NCBI GenBank assembly: GCA_030535795.1
Contig: JAUNRE010000001.1
Span: forward strand, 6,801-70,800
DNA: 64,000 nucleotides
Source: Akkermansia sp.
GTDB taxonomy: Bacteria > Verrucomicrobiota > Verrucomicrobiia > Verrucomicrobiales > Akkermansiaceae
Reading direction: 5' to 3'
The notes beneath the pieces are model-generated. The model did not search any database, was not told where the DNA came from, and saw only the letters and a list, made by a program, of their open reading frames with translations. Positions within the stretch are counted from its first letter, which is position 1. Each line of letters opens with the position of its first letter. Shown one piece after another: positions 31,769 through 40,727 of the stretch. Both the position numbers and the translations under genes were made by a program.

Positions 31769-32529
31769 AGGGGTTACAAATATTCAGAGATTATTTTCGG
31801 GAGGATGTAGAGCATTATATCCTCATAGGTGGAACTGCCTGCGATTTGCATTTTGAACAAGTGGGCTTGAATTTTCGTGCTACTCAGGATTTGGATATCG
31901 TTCTGTGCGTTGAATCTATTACTTCCGATTTTGTCTCTCGCTTTTGGGAATTTATTCGGCGCGGTGGTTACACCATTCGACAGCGCTCTGACGGTAGGCG
32001 TGAATTTTATCGTTTTGTGAATCCTCGAGCGGAGGGGTTTCCCAGAATGTTGGAATTATTTGCCCGGCGTCCCGATATGTTGCCTATGGTGCCGGATATT
32101 CATTTGACCCCTATTCCGGCAGAGGCGGAAATTTCAAGTCTTTCTGCCATATTGCTTGATGCCGATTACTATAAGTTTATCTTGTCTCAGCGGCGGATTG
32201 TTGATGGCGTTTCTGTTGTTTCGCCTGAAGGTTTAGTCGTGCTGAAAGCACGAGCTTGGATGGATTTGAAAGCAAGGAGTGCGGCAGGATTGTCTGTGGA
32301 TTCCAGGCATATACGCAAGCACAGAAATGATATCATCGATTTGTTGTCCAATATACGTCCGGTCCCTTTGTCGCTACCCGATAGTGTAATGTACGATATG
32401 AGGGGATTCATAGAGGATTATGCAAGCGAGAATATCGATTTGAATGCTCGTTTGGTGCCCAGAGGAACGAGTTTTTCACAGTTGCTTGACCTACTGAAAA
32501 TCCTTTTTTCGACTGCTGTTGAGATATGA
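31762..32529 (+). CDS. Pol-beta superfamily nucleotidyltransferase (AbiEii-like putative toxin)
   Basis: LIGGTAC...RATQDLD, LKARA and KHRND motifs. Confidence 0.7.
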   Translation: MVKGLQIFRDYFREDVEHYILIGGTACDLHFEQVGLNFRATQDLDIVLCVESITSDFVSRFWEFIRRGGYTIRQRSDGRREFYRFVNPRAEGFPRMLELFARRPDMLPMVPDIHLTPIPAEAEISSLSAILLDADYYKFILSQRRIVDGVSVVSPEGLVVLKARAWMDLKARSAAGLSVDSRHIRKHRNDIIDLLSNIRPVPLSLPDSVMYDMRGFIEDYASENIDLNARLVPRGTSFSQLLDLLKILFSTAVEI

Positions 32530-32561
32530 GGCATGCGGCGGGGCATATATGATGGAGCGCA

Positions 32562-32594
32562 GCGACTTCTTTATGGTGCGCATAAAGAAGCCGC
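32562..32594. terminator. Hairpin between convergent genes
   Basis: CTTCTTTATG / CATAAAGAAG perfect 10-bp stem, extendable. Confidence 0.55.
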
Positions 32595-32616
32595 CGCGCG
32601 TGCTGAGAAAAGTCTT

Positions 32617-34068
32617 TTATTCCAATCCCTGTGCGTTCAGACTTGCCTCCACCCCCTTGCCATAGTCGGGGTGGCAGGTGTAGCAATGGTCGAGGTGGCG
32701 GCGGACGATGAAGTCGGGCACGCCCTTGAGGGCTCGGGCGGTGTTGTCGAATAGAAGCCGACGTTTATCGGCAGGCATGAGCTTGAAGAGTGCACGGGGC
32801 TGAGCGAAGTAATCATCCGGGGTGTTGGCGAAGGCGTAGCGATCGCCGGGGCCGTCTGTCGGGAAGGGCGGCTCTTTGTATTCGGATTGTTCTTGCCATT
32901 CTGCGAAGCTATTGGGGGCGTAGGAGACGGCGCTGCCTTTGTTGTTGTCAAAACGCATGCGGCCATCCTGGTGGAAGCTATGGAAGGGGCAGCGGGGTCG
33001 GTTGATGGGTAGCATATCGTGATTGACGCCCAAGCGGTAGCGCTGTGCATCGCCGTAGGCGAAAAGTCGCCCCTGGAGCATTTTGTCCGGCGAGAAGCCT
33101 ATGCCCGGTACGATGTTGGCTGGGTTGAATGCGGCTTGTTCCACCTCGGCAAAATAGTTTTCGGGGTTGCGATTGAGCTCCAGTACCCCGACGGGGATGA
33201 GGGGGTAGTCGCCATGGGGCCAGACTTTGGTGAGGTCGAAGGGGTTGAAGGGGAAGCTTTCGGCCTGTTGCGAGGTCATGATTTGCACGCAGAGTGTCCA
33301 GCGGGGGAAGTCGCCGACTCGGATAGCGCGGAAGAGGTCATGGCCGGCGCTGTCGGGATCCTTGCCGTTGATGACGGCAGCCTCGGCATCGCTCAGGCAG
33401 CGGATCCCTTGCTGCGAGACAAAGTGGAACTTGCACCAGACACGCTCGCCCACAGCGTTGATGAAAGAATAGGTGTGGCTTCCAAAGCCGTGCATGTGGC
33501 GGAAGCCGGTGGGGATGCCGCGCTCGCTCATGGTAATGGTGACTTGGTGGAAGCTTTCGGGCAGCGATGTCCAGATGTCCCATTTGGCAGTGTCATCCTT
33601 TCGGCCTGTCTGTGGGTTGCGGTGGAGGGCGTGGTTGAGATCCGGGAATTTCAAAGGGTCGCGAATGAAGAAGACGGGCGTGTTGTTGCCCACGAGATCC
33701 CAGTTGCCTTGCTCGGTGTAGAACTTGACGGCAAAGCCGCGAATGTCGCGGTCGGCGTCCAGGTAGCCGCGCTCGCCCGCAGCTGTGGAAAAGCGGGTAA
33801 AGACGGGCGTGACTTTACCGATCTCGCTGAAGATGGCTGCGGAGCAGTAGGGTGTGATATCGTGTGTAACCGTGAAGGTGCCGTGAGCGCCCCATCCCTT
33901 GGCATGCATGCGGCGTTCGGGCAGGACTTCGCGGTTCATGTGAGCCATTTTTTCCAGATGCCAGACATCTTGCAGGAGCATGGGACCGCGTGCTCCTGCG
34001 GTCAGACTGTTGGTATTGTCGGCTACCGGCGCTCCGGCGGCGGTGGTGAGTTTATGGGACGCATTCAT
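32617..34068 (-). CDS. katA: Monofunctional small-subunit heme catalase
   Basis: ERRMHAKG (distal His), [18 protein letters not shown] (proximal Tyr). Confidence 0.96.
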   Translation of the reverse strand: MNASHKLTTAAGAPVADNTNSLTAGARGPMLLQDVWHLEKMAHMNREVLPERRMHAKGWGAHGTFTVTHDITPYCSAAIFSEIGKVTPVFTRFSTAAGERGYLDADRDIRGFAVKFYTEQGNWDLVGNNTPVFFIRDPLKFPDLNHALHRNPQTGRKDDTAKWDIWTSLPESFHQVTITMSERGIPTGFRHMHGFGSHTYSFINAVGERVWCKFHFVSQQGIRCLSDAEAAVINGKDPDSAGHDLFRAIRVGDFPRWTLCVQIMTSQQAESFPFNPFDLTKVWPHGDYPLIPVGVLELNRNPENYFAEVEQAAFNPANIVPGIGFSPDKMLQGRLFAYGDAQRYRLGVNHDMLPINRPRCPFHSFHQDGRMRFDNNKGSAVSYAPNSFAEWQEQSEYKEPPFPTDGPGDRYAFANTPDDYFAQPRALFKLMPADKRRLLFDNTARALKGVPDFIVRRHLDHCYTCHPDYGKGVEASLNAQGLE

Positions 34069-34148
34069 CGTACCGGAAGCATAGTCCGTTAGATGAACAC
34101 GTGCAAGAGGTTAGTACCAACTGTTTGCGGGAGTACCGCCGTACTTCT

Positions 34149-34868
34149 CTACTTCGTACTTCCCGTTTCTTCTCCCGTGCTTGCTTCTATTTCAGTAGGG
34201 GCAGGAGTGTTCTGTTTCTTTTTACGGCGCAGACCCGAGGTGCCTACCATCAGCAGGGCACAGAGGGCCATGCCACCGATGATGAGAATACCCTGGGTGT
34301 CGGCGCTCAGGCGAGCATCATCGACGGTAATACTGAAGTTTTCAACGTTGGTTTGGGGAGCCAGCTTGATTTTTGAGGCATCGAGTGCGGTGCCTTTCAG
34401 TACGAACGTATCTGTGATGAAGCAAAGGCTGTAGTTGAGTGTCACCTTGGTGTCCTTGCCATCGCATTCAATGGAGATGTTAAGATTTTCGCCGGCGTTT
34501 CGCTCACCGGAGCCGGTGCAGGTTTCATTCTGTGCCCAGATAACCGGCAGGACGCCATCGCGGGTGGTGTAGGTGTAGTTGGTGCCGTTTACCTCCAGTG
34601 TGCAGGCTTCGTTGTTGGTGATTTCGTTGTTCTTCTCGGTATTGAATCCCCAGTAGCGGTGCCATTGGTTGACGATATAATAATTATCGCTCAGGGTGAT
34701 GGCCGCAGCGTTTTCGGGGAGCTCATTGACCACAAGCGTAATGCTATAGGGCGTGGAGGCGTCGTAGCGGGCTTCGGTCAGCGCCTGTTGCAGAGCAGCG
34801 TGAAAATCATCGGCCGTGCCGGCAAGTGCGGGCGCGGCTATTGCGGCGAGTAGTGCGAGTGTTTTCAT
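34149..34868 (-). CDS. Hypothetical surface-anchored protein (paralog A)
   Basis: Signal peptide, C-terminal TM + RRKKK; shares motifs with 34895..35560. Confidence 0.75.
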   Translation of the reverse strand: MKTLALLAAIAAPALAGTADDFHAALQQALTEARYDASTPYSITLVVNELPENAAAITLSDNYYIVNQWHRYWGFNTEKNNEITNNEACTLEVNGTNYTYTTRDGVLPVIWAQNETCTGSGERNAGENLNISIECDGKDTKVTLNYSLCFITDTFVLKGTALDASKIKLAPQTNVENFSITVDDARLSADTQGILIIGGMALCALLMVGTSGLRRKKKQNTPAPTEIEASTGEETGSTK

Positions 34869-34894
34869 TATATTGGTAAAAGCTGGTTGCCGAT

Positions 34895-35560
34895 TTAGTT
34901 TTCTTTGCGGTGGGCTCTGCGGAACAGGATGATGGCGATACCGCCCAGAACTACGATTCCAAGCCCCGAAAGCAGAAGCCAAGTCAGGGGGAACATACTG
35001 CCGGGTTGCACTGTAATCTGTGCATCATCTACCTTAATCTTGTTTTCAAAGCTGATTGAGGGTGCGTGGATGGCAGTACCTTTGAGGATGAAAGTGTCGG
35101 TAATTTCGGCAATGCCGTATGCGAGACGGATGGTGGTATCGGTTCCATCGCAAGCAATTGTCACTTTGACATGGGAACCGGCATTGCGTTGACCGGAGCC
35201 GGTGCCTTCGGCGTTCTGAGCCCACAGAACCGGCAGCATCTTGTCCTTTGAGGTGTAGGTGTAGGTATTACCGGTGACCTTCATGCTGTAAAACTCGGGA
35301 GTGCCGAAGATTTCGTTGGAGCTTTCCATATTGAGTCCCCAGTACCGGTGCCATTGGTTGACAAGGTAATACCCTTCTCCCAAGGTAATAAATCCGCTGT
35401 TGCCGGGGATGTCAGAGAGCGTTGCCGATATGCTGTAGCTGCATCTGCTGTTGTAATTTGCCTTTTGGAGCTCGGCGGCCAGGGCAGAGTTAAAATCGGC
35501 TCCGGTGTCAGCTAATGCCAAACTCGCCAAAGCCAAGGCGGCTGCTAGTGTCTTTTTCAT
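34895..35560 (-). CDS. Hypothetical surface-anchored protein (paralog B)
   Basis: Signal peptide MKKTLAAALALA, C-terminal TM + FRRAHRK. Confidence 0.75.
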   Translation of the reverse strand: MKKTLAAALALASLALADTGADFNSALAAELQKANYNSRCSYSISATLSDIPGNSGFITLGEGYYLVNQWHRYWGLNMESSNEIFGTPEFYSMKVTGNTYTYTSKDKMLPVLWAQNAEGTGSGQRNAGSHVKVTIACDGTDTTIRLAYGIAEITDTFILKGTAIHAPSISFENKIKVDDAQITVQPGSMFPLTWLLLSGLGIVVLGGIAIILFRRAHRKEN

Positions 35561-35688
35561 GTTAATGAGAGAGGTGAACTGATATTGAGGCTAGTATATC
35601 TTATGGATGCACGGCTGTCGAGAGATTTTTGCGGTTGACGACATACTTAACACTTGTCAAGGAGCATTTGGCGCGTTATTCTCGGGAT

Positions 35689-36630
35689 GTGAACGTATTT
35701 TCTACCTGTTGGAACAGCTCGCGCCATAAAGACGGCGGGGCTATGTGCGATGAAATCCGCGAATTGGGCTTTGAGGCCATCGAGGCTTCGCATGGGTTAC
35801 CCCTGTCGCTGATGCCGGGGTTGATGAAGGCGGTGGATGAAAAACGAATTAAGGTGATGGGAGTGCATAATTTCTGCCCGGCACCCATCGATGTGGCGGG
35901 CGATGCGCCCGATGCCTACCGATTTACCTCGCACCGCCCCGAGGAGCGTGAGCGTGCGCTGCGCCTGAGCCGCGAGACTATGCTGGTGGCGGCGCGGCTG
36001 GAGGCTCGTTATGTGGTGCTGCATTTGGGCGAGGTGGAGCTATTTCGCGGGCATGAGTGTACGCGCCACATGCAGCGACTGGTGCGCCACGGCCAACGCC
36101 ATACGCTCGCCTATGCTCGCCTGAAGGGTGAGTATGTACGCCGCCGTATGAAGCTGGCGCCTATATACTACGAGCGTGCGAGAGAGGCTCTGTACCAACT
36201 GGCGGAAAAGGCTGCGGAACTCGGGCTTGTGTTGGGGGTGGAGGGGCGTAGTCATTTTGAGCAGGTGCCCGGTGAGCTTGAAATGCCCACTCTGTTGGCA
36301 GAGTTTGCCGAGCAACCACATGTGCGGTACTGGCATGATTTCGGGCATATTCAGCGCAAGCATAATTTGCTGCTGCTCAATCATGACCAGTATCTGAACA
36401 AGCTCAAGCCTTATCTGTACGGCGCTCATGTGAACGATGTGCAGTGGCCACAGCGGGATCACCGTGCGCCTTTCCAGGGGGGCGATGTGGATTTTGCCGC
36501 CTTGCTACCGCGCTATTTCACGCAGGCTATGCCGCTTACCTGGGAACTTTCTTCATCCGTAACCCGTGAGGCAATACTGACGGCTAAAGCTCGCTGGGAT
36601 GCCTTGCATGCCACCCTGCCGTTGACATGA
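35689..36630 (+). CDS. Xylose isomerase-like TIM-barrel protein (sugar-phosphate isomerase/epimerase family)
   Basis: LGFEAIE, VHN, VVLHLG, VEGR, WHDFGH, HVND, WE metal ligands; GTG start inferred. Confidence 0.8.
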   Translation: MNVFSTCWNSSRHKDGGAMCDEIRELGFEAIEASHGLPLSLMPGLMKAVDEKRIKVMGVHNFCPAPIDVAGDAPDAYRFTSHRPEERERALRLSRETMLVAARLEARYVVLHLGEVELFRGHECTRHMQRLVRHGQRHTLAYARLKGEYVRRRMKLAPIYYERAREALYQLAEKAAELGLVLGVEGRSHFEQVPGELEMPTLLAEFAEQPHVRYWHDFGHIQRKHNLLLLNHDQYLNKLKPYLYGAHVNDVQWPQRDHRAPFQGGDVDFAALLPRYFTQAMPLTWELSSSVTREAILTAKARWDALHATLPLT

Positions 36631-37391
36631 GTGAGTCGCTGAAACAAGCTGTGATAGACCTGTGCGCAGAGCAGGGGGCAGAGCCGCTGCTCATCTGCGT
36701 GTGTGGGTCGCGTTCGTTCGGCTATGCTGCACCGCATAGCGATTATGATGTCCGATTTATCTACGCCTTTCCGCCTGCTCGCTATTTTTCGCTGACTCCG
36801 CCGCCGGAAGAACTGCGTGTAGAGGGGGCGGATGCCGTGGGGTATGAGCTGGGTAAGTTCCTGAGAATTGCTCACAAGAACGGCTGGAATGCGTTGGAGA
36901 TGCTTGCTTCGCCGCCGTTGTATTCTCACGCCTGCGTGGAGGAATTACGTGTTTTGTGTCAGGCTGCACTTCGCCCGGAGCGCGCTGCGCATTCTCTGCG
37001 ACACTGTGCACACACATACCTGCGCCACTTGCAGCACCTTCCTACAGCCGAGCAGGCTCGTGAGAAGGCGTGCAAGCTGTTGCTGGGAGCCTTGCGCGTG
37101 CTGTTGGCTGCCTCGTATGTGCTGCAACACCGCAAGATGTACCCCCTGCTGATGGCGGAGCTGGTGCGTGCGACGGGGACGCCGGAGCTTTGTGATATTG
37201 TGGCGCAGCTTGCTGCCTGTCGCGCGCAGGGGCTCACTCCGGCGCCGGAATTGCTTGCCGCTGCCGGGAAATACTGCGAACAACTGGAGGCGGCTCTCCC
37301 GGAACTTCCGCCCATCGATGATACGACGCCGGATGCTACAGCCATGGAGGCGTTTTACATGCACGTGGTCACTCAATTTTCAACCCTATAG
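36627..37391 (+). CDS. YcgL/RlaP-like nucleotidyltransferase
   Basis: GSRSFGYAAPHSDYDVRFIY, GYELGKFL, N..EMLASP. Confidence 0.8.
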   Translation: MSESLKQAVIDLCAEQGAEPLLICVCGSRSFGYAAPHSDYDVRFIYAFPPARYFSLTPPPEELRVEGADAVGYELGKFLRIAHKNGWNALEMLASPPLYSHACVEELRVLCQAALRPERAAHSLRHCAHTYLRHLQHLPTAEQAREKACKLLLGALRVLLAASYVLQHRKMYPLLMAELVRATGTPELCDIVAQLAACRAQGLTPAPELLAAAGKYCEQLEAALPELPPIDDTTPDATAMEAFYMHVVTQFSTL

Positions 37392-37402
37392 AAAGAAACT
37401 AT

Positions 37403-38590
37403 ATGATACACCGAATTCTGAGTCTGATGATGCTTGGCGGAGCTTGTGTCTGTGCTGCTGCTGAGTCTGTTGAAGTGTTGCCCGGGGTATCCCTGCGCAG
37501 CGAGTTGGTGCCGGAAATGCGAGCTTGGCAGTGTTTTGCTCCCTTTATTGATGTGACGCGTCTGGGATTTCTGGCGGATTACGAACTCGATGATACAGTG
37601 GTGTTTGACATAGAGCAAGGGGAGGGGCAGCCCTCGTTGCTCTGCCGCCTGAAGGTGGAAGACCTGCGTACCCTTGCCTACGGGCAGTACCCGACAGAGG
37701 CGGATATAAAGCTTTGTAAGCGATATTTTGACGCTGAGTATATAGGAGATATTCCGGAGCAATGGGACGCCGCTGCCGGTGTATTGTATGGTGCAAACAC
37801 GTTTAACGCTCCTTCCAAAACGGGACGGGTTAGACGTGCGTTCCTCACGCGGATGACGCCGGAAACGTATCGCCATACCAGCATGTGGTATCCTGCAAAC
37901 AAGAAGCCGGACTTCAGCCGGGCTACTAGGGTTGTAACTCAGCCTAACCTGAAGCCATGGGTGTTTGTTGCTTGTTATGCAGGCGGCAATATCTCACATG
38001 ACATGTTGGAACATCTCGTCATTCGCGAGGTGCGGGTGAATCCCGATACCGGCGACTATGTGGGTGAACGTTGTGTTACCTACAACTACCGTACTCTGGA
38101 GTGTGTGAGTGATTATCTGACCTTTTTTCACCCGGAACAGTCGCTTGCTCCGGAGCAACATATCGCTCGGAATGCCGCCGCATTGCAGGCGTTGCTGAAA
38201 GAACCGGAGCTCATCTCGGCTTCCGTGTTTTTATGGCAGGCTGAGGAATGGCGGGGAACAGAGCTCCCGGTGGCGGAGGAAGACCTGCCGCGACTGCGCG
38301 AGATTATCCGTCACATGCAGGCGAATCCTGAGTATGTCATTACAAGCAAAGAGGTGATTCCCTCAAAGCGTTGCCTGTGGCTCTGCCTGAAAAACAGACG
38401 TGGCGAGGTACTGCTCCGGTTGCATCCGGACAGGATAAAGACGCCCTCTCCGGAACCTGCTGATAAATCGAACAATTGGGAGGCGACGCAATTCATAAAT
38501 CAGACGAATTGCCCATTCTCTCTACCCACCCAAGCATTGCACCGCGAGTTCATCGATATCGTTAACCGCACACTCCCGGCGAAAAACTGA
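37403..38590 (+). CDS. Hypothetical exported protein
   Basis: 395-aa ORF with signal peptide; no motif recognised. Confidence 0.65.
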   Translation: MIHRILSLMMLGGACVCAAAESVEVLPGVSLRSELVPEMRAWQCFAPFIDVTRLGFLADYELDDTVVFDIEQGEGQPSLLCRLKVEDLRTLAYGQYPTEADIKLCKRYFDAEYIGDIPEQWDAAAGVLYGANTFNAPSKTGRVRRAFLTRMTPETYRHTSMWYPANKKPDFSRATRVVTQPNLKPWVFVACYAGGNISHDMLEHLVIREVRVNPDTGDYVGERCVTYNYRTLECVSDYLTFFHPEQSLAPEQHIARNAAALQALLKEPELISASVFLWQAEEWRGTELPVAEEDLPRLREIIRHMQANPEYVITSKEVIPSKRCLWLCLKNRRGEVLLRLHPDRIKTPSPEPADKSNNWEATQFINQTNCPFSLPTQALHREFIDIVNRTLPAKN

Positions 38591-38605
38591 GGGGTGACTC
38601 CGCAC

Positions 38606-38637
38606 AAAAAAGCCGCAGCGGATGCGCTGCGGCTTTT
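38606..38637. terminator. Bidirectional terminator
   Basis: AAAAGCCGCAGCG / CGCTGCGGCTTTT. Confidence 0.9.
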
Positions 38638-38663
38638 GAAATTCGGTTGATTGAGGGGAGGCG

Positions 38664-39758
38664 TCAGAAGAGCTTGGCGTCATCGCCGAAAGAAATGCCG
38701 ATTTCCTTTGCTGCCTCGACAAGCTGGCTTTGGCTGTCCACCAGGTGCAGGGTACGCACGGCTTCTTCGATGGGCATGGAAACCATATCCACGCCGTGCA
38801 GGGCAACAGTCTCGCCGAACTTGCCTTCCTCGATGAGGTCGATAGCCTTGGCTCCACAACGCACGCCGAGTACGCGGTCGTAGGGGATGGGGCTGCCGCC
38901 GCGCTGGATGTGGCCGAGTACGCAATAGCGAGTTTCGATGCCGGTAATTGTTTCGAGCTTGGTGGAGAGGAAAGAGGCTATGCCGCCCAGGCGAACCTCG
39001 CCCTTTGTTTCCTCATCCAGTGTCAGCAGCTTACCGCCAATCTTGGCGCCTTCGCTCACCACGATGATGATTTCGCGCTGCCCCAGAGCCTTCAGCAGCT
39101 CCACCTTGCGCACGATTTCTTCGAGTTTGAACTCGATTTCGGGCATGAGGATGACGTCTGCACCGCCGGCGATGCCGCCGTAGAGGGCAATCCAGCCGGC
39201 GTGGCGTCCCATCACCTCTACCACCATCATGCGCCTGTGGGCGTCAGCCGTTGTGCGCAGGCGATCCAGATTCTGGCTTACCACAGATACGGCGGTCCAG
39301 AAACCGAAGGTGTAGTCCGTGGCGCCCAAGTCGTTGTCGATGGTCTTGGGCACGCCCACGATGGGTAGGCCGATTGCGCGCAGCTCGTTACCGATTGTCT
39401 GGGAGCCGTCGCCACCCACTACAATAAGCGCCTTGAGACCGAGACGATCCACCGTGGCCTTACTGCGAGCCAGCACGTCTTCCGCAATTTGCATGCGGCC
39501 GCCCACACCGCTCTTCACGGTGAAGTTGCCCTTGTTCACGGTACCGAGGATGGTACCGCCGCAGGAACGGATGTTGTGGCAGTTCTCGGGGGTGAGAATC
39601 TTCCAACGCTCGTTTTCGGGCGTGGAGAGCAGCCCCTCGAAGCCGTCGTAGAAGCCGTATACCTTCCAGCCGCGGGCACTGGCTGCACCCACTGCGCCTT
39701 CAATCACGGCGTTGAGGCCGGGGCAGTCACCGCCGGCGTTAAGAATACCGATGTTCAT
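38664..39758 (-). CDS. pfkA: 6-phosphofructokinase (PfkA family), motifs intact
   Basis: GGDCPGLN, GGTILGT, GGDGS, PKTIDND, EVMGRHAG, LGHIQRGG. Confidence 0.93.
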   Translation of the reverse strand: MNIGILNAGGDCPGLNAVIEGAVGAASARGWKVYGFYDGFEGLLSTPENERWKILTPENCHNIRSCGGTILGTVNKGNFTVKSGVGGRMQIAEDVLARSKATVDRLGLKALIVVGGDGSQTIGNELRAIGLPIVGVPKTIDNDLGATDYTFGFWTAVSVVSQNLDRLRTTADAHRRMMVVEVMGRHAGWIALYGGIAGGADVILMPEIEFKLEEIVRKVELLKALGQREIIIVVSEGAKIGGKLLTLDEETKGEVRLGGIASFLSTKLETITGIETRYCVLGHIQRGGSPIPYDRVLGVRCGAKAIDLIEEGKFGETVALHGVDMVSMPIEEAVRTLHLVDSQSQLVEAAKEIGISFGDDAKLF

Positions 39759-39770
39759 GACAATAAATGT

Positions 39771-40727
39771 TTAGTGTGGCAAAATAATAAATTGGGAGTG
39801 ATTCGAGAAGTCGTCAGAACGCTGCCATTTTTCCCAGGCACTCCAGCCATCTTTCAACAGATTGGTGGCGGTGGAGTAGCGCTCCTGGGAGGTGGGCATG
39901 CCGGCAACCACAACCAGCAGGCGCTGGCCGTAGGTGGAGGGCTGCCCGGTGCGCGGATTGGTCAGCTTGACGGAACTGCGCGTACTGGTGGCGATGAGGC
40001 AGCAGCCGGCACTCTTGGAGCGGGCGGCGCGCACGCCATCAACATTGGCGTAGGCAAGCAGACGGTTGGAGTTGGTGATGAGCACCTGACGCGTCTGTCC
40101 GTAAGCTTTGGTAATGGTGGCAGTGTGACTCTTTTTGGAGCTGATTCCCTTGAATTGCGGTTTTTCGATGGCGTACATACCCAGCAGTGCCAAATCTCGT
40201 GTGGAGGCAAGCGAGATGATGGCGCCATTGTTGCCCTTGAAACGCGTCGCATTCATGCCGATCGTTTGAGCCATCTGGTTCATTTGTGCAACGAATGCGC
40301 CGTTCGGGTCCATGGTGCTGAGCGATGAGCCGCAGGCGTGAGCGAGTGTCGCTGCGCAGGCACTGTCATCCCACATGATGGCTGAGTGCAGGGCATCACG
40401 CAGGGAAATGCGGTCACCGGGCTGCAGTTTGAGCAGATTCGTGGCCGGCCAGCGGCAGGCAGACACCGGCACGGTGAGCATCGTTTCCATGCTGACGTTG
40501 CCGGAGTTTACCCAGTCAATCGTCACCACGGCGGTGGCGATGTTCGCCAGCATGCCGATGGGGCGGCGCTCGTTGGGGTTAGCGGCATAGAGGATACGCC
40601 CGGAGTGGGTCTCCATGGCGAGGTAACTGGGCTTCATGTCAGCCGCAGTCCGCACACCTGTGCAAGCACTGAGCAGGGCTGCCCCTGCGCATGCTAAACC
40701 GGCAATTCTGGTGGTCAGTCGTTTCAT
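39771..40727 (-). CDS. Peptidase S11 (DacA/PBP5-like) lipoprotein, catalytic motifs lost
   Basis: LSAC lipobox; SGRILYAAN, FVAQMNQMAQTIGMNATRF, STRDLALL, NSNRLL; SxxK, SxN and KTG replaced. Confidence 0.8.
   Translation of the reverse strand: MKRLTTRIAGLACAGAALLSACTGVRTAADMKPSYLAMETHSGRILYAANPNERRPIGMLANIATAVVTIDWVNSGNVSMETMLTVPVSACRWPATNLLKLQPGDRISLRDALHSAIMWDDSACAATLAHACGSSLSTMDPNGAFVAQMNQMAQTIGMNATRFKGNNGAIISLASTRDLALLGMYAIEKPQFKGISSKKSHTATITKAYGQTRQVLITNSNRLLAYANVDGVRAARSKSAGCCLIATSTRSSVKLTNPRTGQPSTYGQRLLVVVAGMPTSQERYSTATNLLKDGWSAWEKWQRSDDFSNHSQFIILPH

Noticed and set aside
30630-38590. Prophage or integrative element
   Set aside because: No integrase, tRNA target or flanking direct repeats seen
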